From NCBI GenBank assembly GCA_050287085.1, contig JBNKBE010000025.1:1-64000 (forward strand): DNA of 64,000 bases. Direction: 5' to 3'. The stretch is from Polyangiaceae bacterium. GTDB lineage: Bacteria; Myxococcota_A; Polyangia; Polyangiales; Polyangiaceae. This document shows positions 60,088 through 64,000 of the stretch, one piece after another. The translations under genes were made by a program, and so were the position numbers. Every line of letters starts with the position of its first letter. The first letter of the stretch is position 1. The notes under the pieces were generated by a model. That model searched no databases. It was not told the origin of the DNA and saw nothing but the letters and a program-made list of their open reading frames with translations.

Positions 60088-60402
60088 GTGGCCCCCCGAC
60101 TGAGGCTCGAGCGCCTGGCACGCTTACTCCCATCGGCCTGTTTGCTGCTGGGCTGTGAGCGGTCCCTCTCAGATGCCGAATGCGAAGCCTTGCTCGGCCA
60201 CTACACGGCAGAATTGGCGCGGCAGGAGGCCCCCCACCTATCGGCCGCCGTCATCGCGCGAAAGCAGAAGCTGGCCGTAGACCTCGCGCGACGTTCGCCG
60301 GTCTACGAATTTGACGCCTGCGCTGACAAGGTCTCGCGTCGCCAGTTTCGGTGCGCCCTTGCCTCCCATTCGGTGGACGAAATCGAACGCTGCCTGCTCT
60401 GA
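60088..60402 (+). CDS. Small Cys-rich lipoprotein (paralog B)
   Basis: Lipobox LLGC and near-identical Cys spacing to paralog A. GTG 60088. Confidence 0.7.
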   Translation: MAPRLRLERLARLLPSACLLLGCERSLSDAECEALLGHYTAELARQEAPHLSAAVIARKQKLAVDLARRSPVYEFDACADKVSRRQFRCALASHSVDEIERCLL

Positions 60403-60581
60403 CCCGGCGTCCGGGCTCCTCGCTCCGCGACATCTTGATTGGGTGCCGGCAGCCCGAGTCGGCCAGCAAACAAGTGAGCGATAGTCGAAGAGCACTTCTG
60501 TGATATGCAGCGGCGTGGCACTCTCGCGCAGTTGAGAGGAGTGCGCCGTGTTTTGCCCGGGCGCCAGTCACAGTTGGCACC

Positions 60582-62012
60582 ATGAACCTGCACGAGACCG
60601 CGCCTGAAAAATCTACGAGCTCGCATCGTAGTGGCGCATTGACGGCGATTCTGTGGGTGCACCCGATCGAGCAACTATCACGCCTCGACAAACCTGCGAT
60701 GCTTCTCGGGCGAGCGGAAGATGCCGCGATTCCCCTCGCTGGCGACAGGGTCTCGCGCCGCCACGCAAGCATTCGCAAACACGAGGGCCAATGGCTGCTT
60801 CGCGACGAGGGTAGCCGCAACGGCACGCGCTGCAATGGCCAGCTCGTCAGCGAGCGCCCCCTCTCAGAAAACGACGTCCTGCGCGTCGGTGACTGGGTGG
60901 GTGTTGTGCTCAAGCTAGACGCGACCCACGCCGACCCATCCGCGTTCTTTTTCGAACCCATACCAGGCGTATTGGCTGGGCCGCGGACTGAAAGCCTGTG
61001 GCGGCAAGTACGCACCGTGGCCCACAGCGACTTGCCCGTTGTCGTCGAAGGCGAAACCGGCACGGGCAAGGAGGTCGTAGGTCAGGCTATACACGCGCTG
61101 AGTGGTCGGGCGGGTGATTGCGTCGCGGTCAATTGCGCTGCCTTGCCCGAAGGACTGGTGGAGGCGCAGCTATTCGGACATGTCAAGGGCGCGTTTACCG
61201 GCGCCCATCAGAGCTCCTCCGGGTACTTTGGTGCCGCCCACGGCGGCACCCTCTTCCTGGACGAGTTGCTTGAGCTGCCGCTGGCTCAGCAGGCCAAGTT
61301 GCTACGAGCGGTAGAAGAAGGCGCGGTAACGCCGATTGGCGCAACACAACCCCGCAGCGTCGACGTTCGGCTTATCGCCGCAACCCAGAAGCCCCTGTGG
61401 CGACTAGTGGAAGAGCGACGATTTCGCGCAGACCTTCAAGCTCGACTGTCTGGCGTCGTGCTCAAGCTTCCCCCTTTGAGGCAACGACGCGAAGAAGTCC
61501 CTCGCCTGTTCAAGCGGCTACTCGACGGCACCCCACTCGCCTCGGTCCCGATGCGGGCGAGTTTCGTAGAGTCCTTGTGCCTATACAACTGGCATATGAA
61601 TGTCAGGGAACTCGTCCAGACTGCGCATCGAGCGCGGGTGCTGCTTTCCGATGTTCCCGAGCTATCCGCAACTCACTTTCGTGCGCTCGTCGGGGGCATA
61701 CGTCCCCCTCACGACTACGACCTGGACACGGACAGAACCAGCGTCCCGGAAATCGCCGATCCGCCGGACTACGCCGCAACCCTCGCGCCGCGCAGCGAAG
61801 CCGAAGCGCGAGAACAAGACCTCCTGGGACGACGCCGTTTCGCCTGGTTGCAGCGCAATCGAGAGCACCTGCGCACGCTCCTCGCTTCACTCAGCCACAA
61901 TGGCGGCAACATTTCCCAATCCGCTCGTGAACTTGGGATCTCTCGCCAGCGAGCCCATCGCCTGTTGGAAGTGTGGGAACTATTGCAACAGGGGAGCGGA
62001 CACCACCGCTAG
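60582..62012 (+). CDS. FHA-domain sigma54-dependent enhancer-binding protein
   Basis: FHA (GR..VSRRHA..SRNGT), GETGTGKE, GAFTGA, LFLDE, FRADL, W..NVREL, C-terminal HTH GNISQSARELGISR. Confidence 0.94.
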   Translation: MNLHETAPEKSTSSHRSGALTAILWVHPIEQLSRLDKPAMLLGRAEDAAIPLAGDRVSRRHASIRKHEGQWLLRDEGSRNGTRCNGQLVSERPLSENDVLRVGDWVGVVLKLDATHADPSAFFFEPIPGVLAGPRTESLWRQVRTVAHSDLPVVVEGETGTGKEVVGQAIHALSGRAGDCVAVNCAALPEGLVEAQLFGHVKGAFTGAHQSSSGYFGAAHGGTLFLDELLELPLAQQAKLLRAVEEGAVTPIGATQPRSVDVRLIAATQKPLWRLVEERRFRADLQARLSGVVLKLPPLRQRREEVPRLFKRLLDGTPLASVPMRASFVESLCLYNWHMNVRELVQTAHRARVLLSDVPELSATHFRALVGGIRPPHDYDLDTDRTSVPEIADPPDYAATLAPRSEAEAREQDLLGRRRFAWLQRNREHLRTLLASLSHNGGNISQSARELGISRQRAHRLLEVWELLQQGSGHHR

Positions 62013-62788
62013 CTCTGACGGCCGTCGCTCTCGTCCCGCCGCGCCGAGACGAAGTATTGAGGTTCCGTCTCCTCACCGGTGTGAAACGAGCCGATCTCGG
62101 CTTCGAATCCCAGTTCCTCCAACAAGGCTGCAATCTGCCACGGGGTTGCATAGGAATGGCCGATCTGCTGCTCGGCTACGGTGCAACCATTGCTTGAGAA
62201 TCGATATCGTACTTCGAGATGGGCACGCGACGGCCACCAGGAATTCTGCTCTAGAACGTCGTAGACATGTCCGCGACAGGTGATCGTCTGAACGTAGTCA
62301 TATTCATCGACGATCGGCTCACTTTCTCCCTCCACGTCTTCGGCGTCTGCCAGCAGTGCATCAATAGGATAGACGTCGATGAGCAACTGACCGCTTGGTT
62401 TGAGATGCTTTGCCGCCTGCCGCAGTGCCCGGCGCTTCTGTTCGTCCCCCTCGAGACAGAAGAGCGTATTGAACGATAGAATGATTGCATCGAAATGCAG
62501 GCCAAGCTCGAACTCACACATATCCGCGGACTCAAGTCGGACCTTGTGCGAAACACCGAGCTGCTCCAGACGCTCTCGTCCAAGTTCGAGCGCCCGCGCA
62601 TCATCGTCCAGACCGACAAGCGTCTCCGCGCAATCTGCGAGCGCGGCTAGGAGGCGCGCGTCCCCCACCCCAAGCTCCAAGATGGATTGCGGGTGCCCCA
62701 GTTGGCTGCGATAAAATGCAACGTCACCCGGAGTGCCTGCGTGGAGCGCAAAATAGAGTTCGGTAGCGTCGGGGCCGACATTTGACAT
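62009..62788 (-). CDS. Class I SAM-dependent methyltransferase
   Basis: ILELGVGDARL, GLD, ADM, FDAII, HLKPSG. Confidence 0.88.
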   Translation of the reverse strand: MSNVGPDATELYFALHAGTPGDVAFYRSQLGHPQSILELGVGDARLLAALADCAETLVGLDDDARALELGRERLEQLGVSHKVRLESADMCEFELGLHFDAIILSFNTLFCLEGDEQKRRALRQAAKHLKPSGQLLIDVYPIDALLADAEDVEGESEPIVDEYDYVQTITCRGHVYDVLEQNSWWPSRAHLEVRYRFSSNGCTVAEQQIGHSYATPWQIAALLEELGFEAEIGSFHTGEETEPQYFVSARRDESDGRQS

Positions 62789-62878
62789 ATTTGCCCTATA
62801 GTCCAGGCCACAAAGGGCGGCACGGCATTCCGTCGCCCTCGCCCGCCCACCATTGCTTTCCCCACGCGATCGGCGAGT

Positions 62879-64000
62879 TCACACCTTGGTTGGAGTCACC
62901 CAGCGCTGAAGCTTCTCCATCACGCGAGCCATTGGGGGTCGAAGCGAGAGCAGCTCACGGTACGGATCTCCCAGACCACTGACCCGCTCAGCTACGGTGA
63001 AGATGTTGAATGTCTCAGGCTTCAAGGCGCGATGAACCTCATGCCAATACAGCGGCGTCGAGACCCGTGCTCCCGCGTAAGCGCGCACCGAGTAGGGAGC
63101 CACTATCGTGCGAGAGCGCCCGGTTTGACCGACGTCGATATAAACGCGATCACCGCGGTCACTGATCCTCCGCTGCATCGTCGAGATGGCTGGGTGCCGC
63201 GCCTGAACGATTCGCCCAAGGAGCTCAACCAGGACCTTCGCAGCCTCAAAAGGCACGCCCAAACCCATGGCGACAAGCACGTGGAGTCCAGTTTGGCCTG
63301 ACGTCTTGGGAAAGCCGTGCAGCCCCAGATCGTCCAGCACCTCTTTCAGACTAGAAGCTAGCTCGACCGCGTCCGACAAGGGCCGGTCTCCAAGATCGAA
63401 GTCGAGGGTAATAAAGTCACATTGGTCGAGCTGTTCGCGCCGAGAAGCCAGAATGTGCAGCGGAATGCAACCAAGATTGACCACGTGAAGCAGTGCATCA
63501 ACGCTATCCAGCAGAAATGTGGTCACCTCCTTGCCGTCTCGCTCCTCTCGCTTCAAAGGCAAGGTGCGGACCCACGCGGGTGTCCCCTGCGGCACGTTCC
63601 ATTGATAGAAGCTCTTCCCTCGAACGCCATCGGGGTAGCGAACCAACATCACGGGGCGCGATACCAGAAGGGGCAGGAGGGTCGGTGCGATAGCCTCGTA
63701 GTAGTCGAGCAGGTCGCCTTTCGTATAACCTTCCTCTGGCCAGAATACCTTGTCCAGATTGCTCACCTGAACGCGGCGTCCCTTTCCCGCAGACGTGGCA
63801 CTCGCGACGCGTTGGACGCCGTGGCCCGCTGCGGCATCCCCCTCGGGCTCGCGCACAAGAGGCTCCACCCCGTCGGCCGCCCTCACTTGTAGGGGCAGTT
63901 CCGGCTCGTCTTCGTCTAGACGCGGCACCGCAGTGCACGTCTGCGGCGCAATATCTTCACGGATACCAACAAAGACGGCCATTCTGAGATGCCTATCCGG
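62879..64000 (-). CDS. ligD: NHEJ DNA ligase D, partial: end of ligase OB domain plus polymerase domain; continues beyond the window
   Basis: PDRHLRMAVFVGIREDI (ligase OB end), SNLDKVFWP, TKGDLLDYY, RYPDG, DFD, KTSG..GLH, VAPYSVRA. Frame is open to 64000. Confidence 0.92.
   Translation of the reverse strand, partial: PDRHLRMAVFVGIREDIAPQTCTAVPRLDEDEPELPLQVRAADGVEPLVREPEGDAAAGHGVQRVASATSAGKGRRVQVSNLDKVFWPEEGYTKGDLLDYYEAIAPTLLPLLVSRPVMLVRYPDGVRGKSFYQWNVPQGTPAWVRTLPLKREERDGKEVTTFLLDSVDALLHVVNLGCIPLHILASRREQLDQCDFITLDFDLGDRPLSDAVELASSLKEVLDDLGLHGFPKTSGQTGLHVLVAMGLGVPFEAAKVLVELLGRIVQARHPAISTMQRRISDRGDRVYIDVGQTGRSRTIVAPYSVRAYAGARVSTPLYWHEVHRALKPETFNIFTVAERVSGLGDPYRELLSLRPPMARVMEKLQRWVTPTKV

Noticed and set aside
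60516..60530. sigma54 -24/-12 promoter upstream of the enhancer-binding protein
   Set aside because: TGGCAC is present but the GG-to-GC spacing is 9 nt rather than 10, and there is no TTGC.
62879..64000. Stand-alone LigD polymerase, or ligD without Ku
   Set aside because: The gene runs off the window edge and the end of the ligase domain is visible; Ku may lie outside the window.
1..64000. tRNA, rRNA, transposase, integrase or prophage genes
   Set aside because: No cloverleaf, rRNA signature or mobility motif recognised by eye; tRNAscan-SE and cmscan would be needed to exclude them formally.

Overview
GC-rich chromosomal window. It is probably from a Myxococcota (Polyangiales/Sorangiineae-like) bacterium, judged from three DUF4388-type proteins, an FHA-sigma54 activator, a bactofilin triplet and many Cys-rich lipoproteins. 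It holds about 58 genes, mostly housekeeping: rplM-rpsI, uvrB, manC, uppP, cyclophilin, rnj, trxA, trmH, rlmI, a partial ATP synthase operon (b', b, delta, alpha, gamma), folK, rluE, a ClpA/C-type ATPase, ruvA, comF, a dsbD-like gene and a partial ligD. These are interleaved with signalling proteins, glycosyltransferases and unknown lipoproteins. I found no rRNA, tRNA, CRISPR array, transposase, integrase or phage gene, and no clear multi-gene novel system. The best leads are: (1) a ~54-aa domain-like insertion in AtpA that resembles the RNase H1 hybrid-binding (Cauli_VI) motif; (2) a fused double GT-C/TMTC-like glycosyltransferase with an N-terminal 18-bp VNTR and a C10 tract; (3) several signalling and chaperone proteins with degenerate catalytic motifs; (4) recurrent short tandem duplications that start at TGA stop codons; (5) a six-tract G-quadruplex motif and other structured intergenic regions. 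All family calls come from motif recognition by eye, not database searches. Several start codons were moved from the ORF track and are uncertain.
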